A stretch of DNA of 64,000 bases from the human T2T-CHM13v2.0 reference genome, Homo sapiens (GCF_009914755.1 NC_060935.1); one strand, 5' to 3'. Numbered from the stretch's first letter, positions 46,671 to 59,804 are shown. Numbers and translations are program-made. The notes: generated from the sequence alone by a model not told the origin.

Positions 46671-48524
46671 ATGATATTAGACAAAAAGCAAATTGAAGTG
46701 ATTTTCTTATTCAAGTTCAAAATGGGTCGTAAAGCATCAGAGTCAACTCGCAACATCAACAACACATTTGACTCAGAAAGTGCTAATGAACATACAATGC
46801 AATGGTGGTTCAAGAAGTTTTGCAAAGGAGATGAGAGCCTTGAAGATGAGGAGCATAGTGGCTGGCCACTGGAAGTTGACAAGGACCAACGGATATGGGA
46901 GGGGGACAGGGAAGTAAGTGCTGGGTAGAAAAATCTGGGGTCCCTGATGAGGCTCCACCCTCGGGCCTGTGCCCAGAGACCTAAGTGAGGACAGGTGCTC
47001 CTGTTATCGTGCCCAAATGTTGCATTTTCCAAGACCACCCTGGCACTGCATGCCTCCATCCTGTGCCTGTAAAAACCCCAAGACCCTAGAGGGCACAGAC
47101 ACAAGTGGCTGGACGTCGAGAGGAACACACCGGCAGAAGAGCATACAGGCGGCTGGACATTGAGAGGAATGGAGGAGTGGAAGAGCACACTGACAGGCCC
47201 CAGCAGACACCAGCAGGCCATCTGCCAGCAGAATGATGTGGACGCCTGAGGGGAACAGGCCAGGACGGTCAGAGAAGAGCCCGGCCACTGAATGGCCCAA
47301 CTCCAGGGAAAAACCGTCTTCCCTCTTCATCCCCCTCTGGCTCTTCATCCATCTCCTGAGAGCTCCTTCCACCATTCAATAAAACTTCACACTCATTCTC
47401 CAAGCCCACGTGTTATCCAGGTTTTCCAGTACAGTAGGGGAAGAACTAGGGATACAGAAAACCCTTTGTCCTTGCTATAAAGGAGATGGTCTAATTGAAC
47501 TGATGAATACAAGCTGCCTACAGACAGCAAAAGTAAAAGAGCACACTGTAACAAACGCCCTCTGGGGCTGTAAACATTCACCCCTAGACACTGTCCTGGG
47601 GTTGGAGCCCACAACCACAACCTGCCTGTCTTCATGCTCCCACTAGAGGTTTCAGCAGCAGGGTACCTAAGAAGCAAGCCACACCCCCCACTGCATGAGC
47701 TGTGAGGGGGATAAAGGAACTTTTCCTGTTTCACAATGAAGAGCAATCATCGAAGTTGATCCTCTTACAACTACACGAGAAGCTGCGAAGAACTCAACGT
47801 CGACCATTCTAGGGTCATTCAGCATTTGAAGCAAATTGGTAAGGTGAAAATGCTTAGTAAGTGGGTGGCTCATAAGCTGAGAGAAAATCCAAAACATCGT
47901 CCTTTTGAAGTGTCAACTTCTCTTATTCTATGCAACAACAACAAACCATTTCTCTATCAGATTGTATTGTGTGACTTAAAGTGGATTCTATACAACAACC
48001 AGCCACAGCCAGCACAGCGATTGGACCCACAAGAAGCTCCAAAGCACTTCCCAAAGCCAAAATCACACCAAAAAATGTGGTCACTTTTTGGTGGTCAGCT
48101 GCTGGTCTCATCCACTGCAGCTTTCTGAATTCCAGCAAAACCATTACATCTGAGAAGTGTGCTCAGCACATCCATGAGATGCACCGAAATCTGCAATGCC
48201 TGCAGCCGGCACTGGTCAACAGAAAGGGCCCAATTCTCCACCACAGTGCCCGACCGCACATCGCACAACCAGTGCTTCAAAACTTGAACAAATTTGGGCT
48301 ATGAAGTTTTTCCTCATCGCCGTATTCGCCTGACCCCTCACCAACCTACTACTACTTCAAGTATCTCTGCAACTTTTTTTTTTTTTTTTTTTTTTTTTGC
48401 AGGGAAAACGCTTCCACAACCAATGGATGCAGAGAATGCTTTCCAAGAGTTTGTCGAGTCCCGAAGCAAGGATTTTTACGCTACAGGAATAAACAAACAT
48501 GTCTTGTTGGCAAAAATGCGATGA
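46671..48524 (+). pseudogene. Hsmar1 transposase pseudogene (same family as the SETMAR transposase domain, not SETMAR itself)
   Basis: ORF pieces 46671-46890, 47826-48128, 47981-48304 and 48294-48524 lie in shifting frames. The first ATG is mutated to ACG. Confidence 0.9.
46891..47733 (+). mobile_element. ERV1 solo LTR (LTR1/LTR27/LTR28-like) inserted in Hsmar1
   Basis: 843 bp, starts (g)gatatggg and ends tttca. 4-bp TSD caac/caat (46887-46890 and 47734-47737); AATAAA at 47378. Hsmar1 resumes exactly across it. Confidence 0.88.
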
Positions 48525-49629
48525 TTGTAATGATTTTTATTTTCGTTAATAAATATTTGAGCCTATTTATGATGATTTAAAATTCATAACCTGAAACCGT
48601 AGTTACATTTGCACCAACCTAATATTATTAAGTGCACTGTGCAAGGCAAACATGCATTTGGACCTACTGCACTATACTTAACTTTGCAATTTCCACTTGG
48701 AGTGTCTATAATGTCCCTTTATTTTTCTTTTTTATTGGGCATTCATGTAATCGCAAGGATGGGCCATTTCTATTGCCCTACAGTACCCTTTGAGCCTAAA
48801 AATTGTGGTATAGACAACAAACAGAATGAACTGCAGATAAAAATGGAGATACTCTGTATTTAAAGCTTGCTATTAAGAGGTCAGTAAATGGTTCGAGGGA
48901 CTAATAATCTAGGCTTCACTAATAAGTGTGGTTCTGTAACATGAATTCTCTTCAGAGCCAGGATAACGCAGAATGTGCCAGGACAAAGTCATCACATCTG
49001 TAGCTGATTAGATTAGCACAGGGTGTGAAAACAATAAAACAAACAGGCTTCATCTGAGACCAGAAAGTGTTTGTGAGGTTCCAAACATGCAGAGAAACTC
49101 TAAAAAAGACGATAGCAATTATGAGAAAAGATTCCAAATAAACTTCTCCCTGAGTTACTTCTCCAAGTAACAAATACCATTTTTAAGAGCTAACATTTAA
49201 AAATATGATTAATATTATTGCTATTATCAACCACTATTACAAACAATACCTTACCACCTGCATTTTTTAAGGTCCTAATATGTGTCAATCCACAATGCTC
49301 ACCTCCCACATGCTATTTTTTTCTAATCCATAGAACTAGTTCACAAAGTAGGTATTATTATTCCAAATTTATAGGGAAAGAAACACAATCAGCTTATTTA
49401 GTTCATACAGCTGACTTCACATCATTCAGATATTATCTCAGAAGAAATCTGCCTTTACTCAAAGGCACACATTTTATGTGCAGTTGCATCATATTGCCTC
49501 ATATACTGCCTGCCCAATTTTCTATATATTGCTTCCATCTACCACATGCCTAAATGTCTATCACATTATCATTTATATTCAAAATTATTATTTTCTGAAA
49601 TTATTTTTTAAACTGCTCATTATTGTTTT

Positions 49630-49765
49630 TACACAAGAATATAAGCTCCTTTAAGGCAGAGAGTATGTCAGTTTTGTTTATTGCTGCATGTCTGGAGAAT
49701 AGAGTGGTGCTTGGCACTTAGTTGGCCTTCAGGAAATATTTGGTGAATGAATGAACAAGTGAATA
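49630..49765 (+). mobile_element. L2 3'-terminal fragment
   Basis: 'gaatataagctcctttaaggcagaga...gtgcttggcacttagttggc..caggaaatatttggtgaatgaatgaa'. Confidence 0.7.
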
Positions 49766-52700
49766 TCTAATGATAATCTGGTAAGTGGCAGAACCAGGAT
49801 AAAAGCAAACCCAGGTTTTCAGCAGCCCACGCTTACATGTTATTTCTACTACATTTCATAACCTCTTATATCAAAGTCATCAGGTTGTACACACCATGGC
49901 ATCGAATTCCCCAATTATTGCAAAGTCTTTTCTGACTGTAACAAACCCAGGCCTCCAGCTGTGAGAGAATTGCTACTAGCTTCTAGCTTTTATGTTGAAG
50001 GTACAGTCACATCATTTAGGTGAATTTTATTCTTGGCAAGCAGGGAACTTTTGACCTCTTTGAAATCTATGAGTTTGTAGCCCAGATTAGACAGCGCTGG
50101 AAACACAGCGAAGACACCAGTCTCTCCGTTGACACTTTCAGTGCTGTAATTCTTGAACACTTAGGATTGGAGCTGATCAGTGATTGGGAAGTAACACCTT
50201 AAACAGAAATTTTAGAGTCATTAATGTTGTGCTCTAATTAATTACAAGCTTAATATAACTGAAAGGATAATGTAGTTATTAAAGTGGCTAACATAATTGT
50301 AAGTTGCATTAAAAAACTGTACACTTCAGAATGTTTAGAATTTACTACAGTTTGCAGAAAACATCTGGGCCACTAGACTCATTCAGTCATGTATTCTTTT
50401 ATTTCACAAATATTTATTGAGCAAATACTGTGTATTTTTATAACACCATGAACTATGTACAGTTACAAGGACCACATATCAGAGGGAATGTTAATTAATA
50501 AATACAAAAGATTTGTCTTTTCTGTCCCACATGGAATTATAAGAATCACCAAACAGTCCATATTAACAAAGTACTTGCATTGTGCATTTTAATAACTCTT
50601 CAAAAATTGTATTTTTCCTGTCTAATTTTGTGCAGTCATTTATCCATGACACTATTTGAAAGACTGACCAAAATTTATTCCACTCTGATTTGCTGGTTTG
50701 CATATTTTTCACTTAGTTACAAAGCGTAACTTAAGCCTAGCTGCCCATATCCGTTTTCTAGGCTTGGAGTTTTCCATTTGAATCTCCTTGTTCAACTTCA
50801 ATAACAATTTTCCAGTAGAATGGACTAAGGAATCTGGAGAAAGTTAGTCTGGTCTCACTTATCTCTAAGGTCTGTCTTATTAACCTATCTCATCTGCTCT
50901 GTGAATATAATACCTGAGGTCCTGAATTACAATGTCACCAACAATTTGGGCGTGACCTCGACACTATCTTTACTTCTATTCCCTCCCATTATCTCCACAT
51001 ATAAAAAATATCCATTATCAAAATCAACTCAAATCCTGTCCTTTATTTCTCTCATGAGTATTAAATTAGTATTTCTAGAACTGACCTGAAGCAAGGCACC
51101 CAAGACCCTTCACAACCTGGCTCCAACGTAACTTTTCAGTTCCTTCTTTTGATGCTTTCTTGTGATACTTTATAATTAGCCCCCCAACCCTCACCCAGCA
51201 TACATGTGCATGGGCACACATACACAAACACACACAGTTTGTGCCTTCCTTAACATGTCATTCATTTTTATATCTCCTTAACTTCATTGCCATTCTGCTT
51301 GCTTAGGCCTGTCTAATGATCTCCTATTCATGCCGCAAGCTTGGCACAGATGTTTCCTCATTGAAGGGACTTTTTCTAAACTAAGTATTCTTGTGGCAAT
51401 CTGTGAATTTGTCTATTACAAAAGTTATCAAGTTTATTATAATTGTAGTCTATTTTTCTTTTGCCTTTTTTAACGATACAATGTGTTTTTTTCTCATTGT
51501 AACTCTGTAATACTTAGAAGATAGACTTGTATGTATTAGACAAGAAATGTCACAGGAGTGAATTAGATTTTAACACAATGATGCTGTAATTCTTTCAACA
51601 ACACATTGTTTTCAAGGAATTAAATGTGAAATGAATTTTAACTTAACAGCTATCACAAACATCAAAGAGTAAATGATTTAATTTTCTTACCATACCATCT
51701 TTGTCTTGTTTTACATTGGCAGCCAGAAGAGATATTTTATTTTGGAAAATGTTTTCACCACAGAAATATCTATGTTTACCAATAAAATTTTACTTTTGTA
51801 TGTATCTTGTTGCTTAATAAAAAGTAAGTGCTTACTGTATGATTACATCCAAAACAAGATTTGTTTTCAAAATCTTTGTGATAAATATATGAAGAAAAGC
51901 TATCTATCTCCATGAAGATTAAATTAATCAAATCAATGAACAGAAGCATACTATATGCCCTACAATTTTATGGCTTAAATTTACATTTAAACTATGAAAA
52001 GTAGTATAAAATTGTGAATTGATAAAGCACTCTAGGTAAAGTTCCAAAGAAATTTGGAACAATTTGGAACTCCAGGCAAATTATAAATTTATGTAACTCC
52101 ATTTCTATCCATATATTTCACCAGAGAGATAAAATTGGTTTGATTATGCTGTCCACATACTTCAGGTAAATGGTGTTTGGTGTTTGAGGCTAGAGGCAGT
52201 AGCTACTCTTTGCCCATCCTTAACTATAAACATGCTTTTCTTCACACAACATTTGATCCTGTCACTCTCCTGATTATAGTTGTTCAATGCCTACTCAACA
52301 GCATACAGACATAAATGAAAACTCCTTAAGGTGATATAGGAAGCCTTTCAAAAAACAAATTCCTATCACCTGTCTAAAGTCATGTTCTGGCCATCTACAA
52401 CTCACATGTTATGCGTCAGCCATGTTCCACTGCATGTAGTGACACAATTCACTATTATTTCAGACCTTCATTCCTTGGTACATGCTATTATACCTACTTG
52501 GCCTTGCTTGACTTCCAGCAAATCAAATCTCATATTGGTCTTCTATTCCACATGAAGACTTTTCTTTTAAATTTATTTTAAAGTTTCATTAAAATAATAA
52601 TCTTTATTTTTCATTAGTTTCCACATACTACTTTTTTTAAATGAACACCTTCTACATGCTAGCCACGACACTAGAAACAAGGGAAAGAGTGATGAATAAA

Positions 52701-54339
52701 ATATATTTATGGCCCTTCATCTTAAGACACTCATCAGTAATACCAGATGAACATGTGCTATATCAGGTAATGTCCCTCTAGTCTGGTTTGTGAACAGGTT
52801 TATGCTCATTACTAAAGCCAACACTTCTACGTGATTCTTTTCCATTTAGTTAATAGTGTGAGAAAAGAAACTTTCGTTTTGGCCTATGGAAAAAGCAGTC
52901 ACTTGTGGCATCTGCCTTATAAACGTCAAGACACTGAATATCACCCATCTGAAAGACAGATCATGATCATTCTTTTAGTCCTCGGCTTGGCAGAAATGTT
53001 TTTAATGTTCTTTGTGACAGATGACTCTATTTTGTCAATCTATGTGGGAGAAAATGGAGCCAGCATCAGTTTAGACAGCTAAGTTGTAAACATTGGAGAG
53101 CTTTTGGATCAAATATTTTAATATGATCACAGTGTGTCCCATGTCTGCCATTCAATAAAGTACTAACTCAGTGAGATTTTGTAATCTGTAAGTGGGGACC
53201 AAAAATACAATGATAAATTGAATTATCCACACATTTGCAAAAATTAGCTGGAAGATAATTTTCACTATCCATGAAAATTTTTACAAAGTATATCAAGCAA
53301 CTCTCTGGAATTGGATAAACAACCACTAAAGTAATTGTTACATATTTGTTACTTTCCTTTGCTTAGCAATAGCCTTTACTGCATTGTACTCTGTACCCCT
53401 AAATCACAGGAAAAGAATGCTTTATAATACCCATTACTGTTTTTTTTCTTTTTTTTTAGTAATGGCGTATAACTGTTTTATTTGCAGCAAACTCAAACAA
53501 AGTTATAATCCCTCACTTCATGGCAAGCCACATTTTATCAATCCAAGATTAAAAAGTCCAGAAAAATTAAAGTAGTTCAGCTTTTCAGTTTCTCAAATTA
53601 GCCACTCTACTTTTAGCTTTTATTTATAATCCCAATTTTTCTTACATAACACATTTTCTCTTAAAAAAAAAAAACAACTTTCAGGGAAAAATAAAATAAA
53701 AAAGAACAAACTTGACTTAAACTTTGCTTGTGAAGTGTCTGAACCCTTGCAGGAAACTATAGTGAAAATTATCAGTATGAAGGTCAAAGCGCTGTGTCTA
53801 AGCCCCTTTAGACAAGAGACTAGAAAGGTGTTGCAAAAAGATCCAGAAAGAAGTTGCTATTGCAAATATCTGCAGACTTTAGTAGTAACAATGCCTTCAG
53901 TGGATACACCAATTGTATGTCAATATTGTGCACTGTAGACTGAGAGCATGGACACGATCCTCAGGCTATTTTGGGAACAGTTTCCAGAAGGTAATCAGTT
54001 CTGGTAGTACAAAGTTCTGGGCATCATATCCAAAGATATAATAATACACAGTTAAATGCATGACAATAGAAATTTAATTATATTTTATTGTTTCCCACAT
54101 CAAGAGTGCACTGCAATATCTAAGAAAGACACTCCTGTCCACCCTACAGTCTATAGGCCTGTAGATGGACAAATCCCACTGTTAAATGATAAGGCATCAG
54201 GGCACTCCAATGGTCTGCTCTGAACTTAGTCTTTTCTCTTATCAGAAGCCATTGCACATAGCTTTGACAGATTAATCTTTCTGTGTATCGAAGTTTATAT
54301 TGAGAGGAGCAGCATGAAATAGGCAACAGAGCAAAGGTT

Positions 54340-54500
54340 TTAAGTTTAAGCAGTGGGAATATAATTCTTATGTAACCTAGGGCAACTCATTTAATTTGTT
54401 TGGGCCTTAGTTTCTACCTCTATAAGCAGGAATCATAATACCTAAGATCCCTTGAATTACAGAGAGAGTTTTATATGGTATAAAATATTTAAAATCATGG
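54340..54500 (+). mobile_element. MIR fragment
   Basis: 'tgtaacctagggcaactcatttaa...gccttagtttc..ctctataa...ataatacct'. Confidence 0.55.
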
Positions 54501-56176
54501 CATTTGTTGATTTTACAAAATATTAAATCTCTTATCTTTTTATTACAAACCATGGTCAGAAAATGAGATCATATGCTAACATTAGGCAAGCTCTCTGAAA
54601 AAGTCTTTGAATCAAACGAGAGGAATTGTATGTGAATGGACACATTAAGATAACCATTTTTACAACTCATCTGTATGATGCACTTACTCAATTCCAGATG
54701 CCAAAGGAAAGTCCAGTTGATCACTTATGAATGCTGAGGGTAAAGGACTTTAAAGATATCTTTAAAAGTCAACTTTTAAAATTAAAGATAAAGAGAAAAC
54801 AGCTTTGGGGAAACATGACCTCTGCTTATTTTTGAAGAAAAAGTGAAACTAAAGGATTTCACTTTTGATACATTTAAAAAGGAAATGACAAAAAAATTGT
54901 AAAATGTGAAATTATTATTTTTCAACCTTTTTATTCCTAACCCCAATGATCTTCAAATTAAAAATGTGGCTTGAATTAAGGCAGATCTGCTAAACTAACT
55001 TTCTCCTGACTGAATTATTCTAGACTAATTATTCAAGATTTACCATAACCATGAGAGAAACTATATCCTGATTTGCTATTACTTTAGACATACTAAATAA
55101 ACTTTAAATTTTTAAATATATTGATTGTTTAAAAATGTATTTCGCCAGTCTGCCAGAATTTCAAAGCAATCAGTGGTTACATTAATTGAAATACCAATAT
55201 TCTTAAATGCAATCATTCTTGATAATTTGAGTTTGCAGTAATTTCTTTGAACAATACTACTTATGTTTAACATAAAATATCTCACAACTGAAATCCAAGT
55301 CCCATATTTATCAGTGATTGACTTGATACATGGACTGTAGCACAAACGGAAAATCAGGTTACTCAAAAGACATTTGCCAGGCTTTTCTACTCTTGTGGTG
55401 AGTAAAATTGATGACTAGCTTCTGATTCTGCTTTCTACAATCTCTTTGTTCATTTCCCTCCATGACCTTTTACTACTATTTGTGAGAGTTTTTCCTATCA
55501 CCTTTCTCTACCTTGCCCAGCTATAAAGTAGACATACGAAAAAAAAAAAAAAAAAAAAACACAAAACTATTCCTGAGAAGCAGTGCAATCTTCTCAGCTT
55601 CTCTTTCTTGCTTAAAGAAAATTTGGGACCGAAGAGTGTGTTTTGTCTAAGTGGGTTCCCAGAGTTCTTATTATGGACTCATGATTTTTTTCTTTACACA
55701 AAACTAAGTGATTTTGTTTTTACTTTTTTCCTTGCCTTTTTACCTTGTAATTCTCTCCCCTTCTTTTATTTATTAAGAGGGATGCTTTAAGACTGTCCGA
55801 CATCCGTTGAACAGTTACACCCTTAATTTAATATTTGTCTTGAGACTTCTTGACTCTCAGTTCCTCTCCATTTGATCATCTTTTAAGGACTACTAAGTGT
55901 CTTCATGGAAGAGTAGCTAGCTTCTCCCAAAACAAGCTGTCCAAATGACAAAGACAGAAAGTGCTATTTGTTTTATGGCCTCGGAAGTCACACAGCATCA
56001 TTTCTGCTGTATTATAATGGTAACACATGCTGCTTTTGATTTAATGTTGGAGAGTCTGAATACTAGGTGATATGGTTCAACTCTGAGCCCTCACCCAAAT
56101 CTCATCTCAAATTGTAATCTCTATGTGTCAAGGGAGGGACCTGTAATCTCTATGTATAGAGGCACGGAAGTGATTG

Positions 56177-57626
56177 TGTGTCCGGAATTGGTGGGTTCTT
56201 GGTCTCACTGACTTCAAGAATGAAGCCGCGGACCCTCGCGGTCAGTGTTACAGCTCTTAAGGTGGCGCGTCTGGAATCTGTTCCTTCTGATGTTCGGATG
56301 TGTTCAGAGTTTCTTCCTTCTGGTGGGTTCCTGGTCTTGCTGGCTCAGAAGTGAAGCTGCAGACCTTCGCAGTGAGTGTTAACAGCTCTTAAGGCGGCGT
56401 GTCTGGAGTTGTTCATCCCTCCTGGTGGGCTCGTGGTCTCGCTGGCTTCAAGAGTGAAGCTGCAGACCTTGGAGGTGAGTGTTACAGCTCATAAAAGCAG
56501 TGTGGACCCGAACAGTGAGCAGTAGCAAGATTTATTGCAAAGAGCGAAAGAACAAACCTTCCACAGCGTGGAAACGGACCCCAGCGGGTTGCCACTGCTG
56601 CCTCAGGCAGTCTGCTTTTATTCTCTTATCTGGCCCCACCCACATCCTGCTGATTGGTAGAGCCCAGTGGTCTATTTTGACAGGGCGCTGATTGGTGCGT
56701 TTACAATCCCTGAGCTAGACACAAAAGTTCTCCACCTCCCCACCAGATTAGCTAGATACAGAGTGTGGACACAAAGGTTCTCCAAGGCGCCACCAGAGTA
56801 GCTAGATTCAGAGTGTCGATTGGTGTATTTACAATCCCTGAGCTAGACACAGGGTGCTGATTGGTGTGTTTACAAACCTTGAGCTAGATACAGAGTGCCC
56901 ATTGGTGTATTTACAATCCCTGAGCTAGACACAAAGTTTCTCCACCTCCCCGCCAGACTCAGGAGTACAGCTGGCTTCACCCAGTGGATCCCACACTGGG
57001 GCTGCAGATGGAGCTGCCTGCCAGTCCCACCCCTGTGCCCGCACTCCCCAGCCCTTGGGTGGTTGATGGGCCTGGGCGCCGTGGAGCAGGGGGCGGCACT
57101 CACTGAGGAGGCTGGGGCTGCACAGGAGCCTACGGAGGGGGTGGGAGGCTCAGGCATGGCGGGGTGCAGGTCCGGAGCCCTAACCCACGGGAAGGCAGCT
57201 AAGGCCCGGTGAGAAATCGAGCGCAGCACCGGCGGGTTGGCACTGCTGGGGGACCCAGTACACCTTCCACAGCCGCTGGCCCGGGTGCTAAGCCCCTCAT
57301 TGCCCGGGGCCGGCAGGGCTGGCCAGCTGCGAGTGCAGGGCCGGCTGGCTGCGAGTGCAGGGCTCGCCAAGACCACGCCCACCCGGAACTCCAGCTGGCC
57401 TGCAAGGGCTGCAGCGCAGCCCCGGTTCCCGCTCGCACCTCTCCCTCCACACCTCCCTGCAAGCTGAGGGAGTGGGCTCCGGCCTTGGCCAGCCCAGAAA
57501 GGGGCTCCCACAGTGCAGCGGTGGGCCGAAGGGTTCCTCAAGTGCCGCCAAAGTGGGAGCCCAGGCAGAGGAGGCGCCCAGAGCGAGCGAGGGCTGTGAG
57601 GACTGCCAGCACACTGTCACCTCTCA
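56177..57626 (-). mobile_element. LTR12C (HERV9/ERV1) solo LTR, 1450 bp
   Basis: Ends 'tgtgtccggaattggtggg' and 'gctgtcacctctca'-type (rc TGAGAGGTGACAG). 4-bp TSD attg (56173-56176 and 57627-57630). Internal 'gattggtg..tttacaa..cctgagctagacac' repeats and a GC/CpG-rich U3. Confidence 0.95.
56590..56910 (-). promoter_or_regulatory. LTR12C core promoter/enhancer: five CCAAT (NF-Y) boxes, a GATA motif and an AATAAA TATA-like box, oriented leftwards
   Basis: attgg at about 56653, 56691, 56819, 56860 and 56901; cttatc at 56625-56630; ttttatt at 56616-56622. This matches the known ERV9 LTR promoter layout; activity is not shown. Confidence 0.6.
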
Positions 57627-59804
57627 ATTGGACCATGAGGGTGGTTTCCCCCATGCTGTTCTCATGATACTGAGTGAGTTTTCACCAGATCTGATGGTTT
57701 TATGAGCATCTAGTATTTCCCCTGCTCGCACGTCTCTCTCCTGCTGCCATGTGAAGAGGTCGTTGCTTCCTCTTTGCCTTCTGCCATGATTGTGAGTTTC
57801 CTGAGGCCTCCTCAGCTATGTGGAACTGTGAGTCAATTAAATCTCTTTTCTTTATAAATTACCCAGTCTCAAGCAGTGTGAGAATTGACTAACACACTAG
57901 GAGACAAGGATTATTTATGGCCATCTTGGTGGCTATCAGAAGGAGTGATTTTGATGCCGGAAGAGTCTATTCCAAAACGATGTCATTACAGACATAGCTT
58001 CCTTGGCAAGGTTGTTCTGCTTCAAGAACATTGGATGAGAATGGCTCATCAAGAGTGATTTCGAATGCCAAATGTGGGCAGGACTGTACCATATGCAGGA
58101 ATCTACACCAGCATATCAACAACTGATTTCTTCTCTACTGAGAGAAGAAAGTGCTGGCATTAGGCATTGAATGTATCAACATGACTCAAAGTGGCAAAAA
58201 CAAAGTGGGATGGAGTTACTATCAAGAACCTGGTGTTTGAAGGAAAAGAGATGAGAAAGGTAACAGCTTACTGTCCACATCTAGGGAAGATGATTGTCTT
58301 GACACTTTGACAGTTTTATAGTCAAGGACAAAGGGAATTCTAAAGGCACACATAATTAGAGCATTTCAATTTATGTTAGTCCTGAGAGATCTGCCTATTA
58401 TTAAGAAACCTGAGATTTGATAACATTTTTTATACAAACAGATTTTATACAACAGCATAGTAAAGTTCTGTATTCTCTTGATTTTATGTCGATTATAGGT
58501 GCAATGTTATAGAAAAAATTAAACTTAAATTTGTATATTTCTAAAATTATATGTTCCTACGTGAGGTAATAGAGTTGATATGATTATTTGTAACATAAGT
58601 GTTATGATGGTCACCAAAATATCATCAATCTGAGTATGATTTAAACTTTATATGAGATGCCAAATAAGTGCTAAATGTTGGATTACTTTTTAATTCTTTA
58701 TTTTAAATTCAGACAATTTTCACTGAAAGAAAGGCCTTCTGTATGCAATGGCCTGAAGCTACTGATTTCAGAAATAATTTATCTCTTATGCCAAAATAAG
58801 AGGTGATAGTGAGATATCAGATTATTTTTATTTTATTCTGATTCTGAGTAAAATAAAAAGTGTAAGACATCTATTTTTGAAGTTCCAAACTTACAGAATT
58901 TCTAGGGTACTTTCAGGATTCATGGAGAAATAGGACAGCTATTTAAGATGGGAGATTTACCACAGAATTAAAGATATATGGCTGTAGTAAGCTCAGAAAG
59001 AGTGTTGTCGTGAGATATCAAAATCCTATAATCATTATGATTTTATATTTATTTCATAACATTTTAAACAAAAAATTGTAACTACTTTTAATGTTTTGAA
59101 ATACATATGGGAAGTGTATTTCTCACATAATACAAAACATTATTTACCACTTTAAAGTGGTATTTGTCTTGCGACAGTTACCTCTCCAGTGACTAAAGGT
59201 GCAAGGGTTGGACACGGTGTGGAGTGGGCAGAGGAACTTGGACTCCCTTGTGTACAATATAATAACACTGAGCATTCATTAATAGAACAGAGAAAAGAAT
59301 CCTAAGTTCATGGCTTTTATATCCCATCATATAATAGGTCTGAAGGGCTTATTTTTTGGAGACAACTGAGAGACATCAATGACTGTGACTGATAGTAGAA
59401 AGCAATAACAAGTTTACAGAATTGATTATTTACATATTACCCTGGAAATATTATCAGAATATATTTTATTATGATAATACAGAGCGACATATTTGGTTTG
59501 GTATTTATTGAGCTGTGTGGCAGATGGGATATGCATTTTTGTTCCCAGACTGCACTTTTCCTTTCCTAGAAGTAACTAACACATGCTGTGACATGCTGTG
59601 ACACCATTTTCTAAATACTGGCTTCTGATTACTTCCAAAAGTCATGAAATATTTTTGTGTTTAAGTTATTAAAAAAGTAATGGTATTTTTCCAAGACATA
59701 TTTTTGTAACGATTCATAATCTAGTCATTTAAGCATGTTTTGTTGAAAATAGAAACTCTTTGAAGACCCCAAACGTTTATAATATAGAGATCAGATCGGA
59801 GCAT

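Larger units (their letters stand above)
46493..48622 (+). mobile_element. Hsmar1 mariner transposon, near full length, inactivated and split by an LTR
   Basis: Degenerate left TIR at 46493-46519; right TIR aaccgtagttacatttgcaccaacctaa (48595-48622) followed by TA. Transposase fragments 'LDKKQI..IFLF.FKMGRKA', 'KQIGKVK.L.KWV.H.L', 'VTFWWSAAGLIH.SFL' and 'NRKGPILH.SARPH'. Confidence 0.95.
56068..57896 (+). mobile_element. THE1 (D-like) LTR split by LTR12C
   Basis: tgatatgg...aacaca termini with perfect 5-bp TSD ctagg (56063-56067 and 57897-57901). Confidence 0.92.
55870..57940 (-). mobile_element. Old MLT1 LTR (outer layer of the nest; flanks 55870-56067 and 57897-57940)
   Basis: 'ttttatggcctcggaagtcacacagcatcatttctgctgtatt...tgaatactagg|agacaaggattatttatggccatcttggtggcta' reads continuously once THE1 is removed. 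Confidence 0.65.

Noticed and set aside
46671-48524. SETMAR gene
   Set aside because: The transposase is frameshifted and LTR-interrupted, and no SET-domain exons are present; this is an ordinary Hsmar1 copy
56870-57705. Cluster of overlapping 76-223 aa ORFs
   Set aside because: Expected stop-poor frames in the GC-rich LTR12C U3 region, with no recognisable domain
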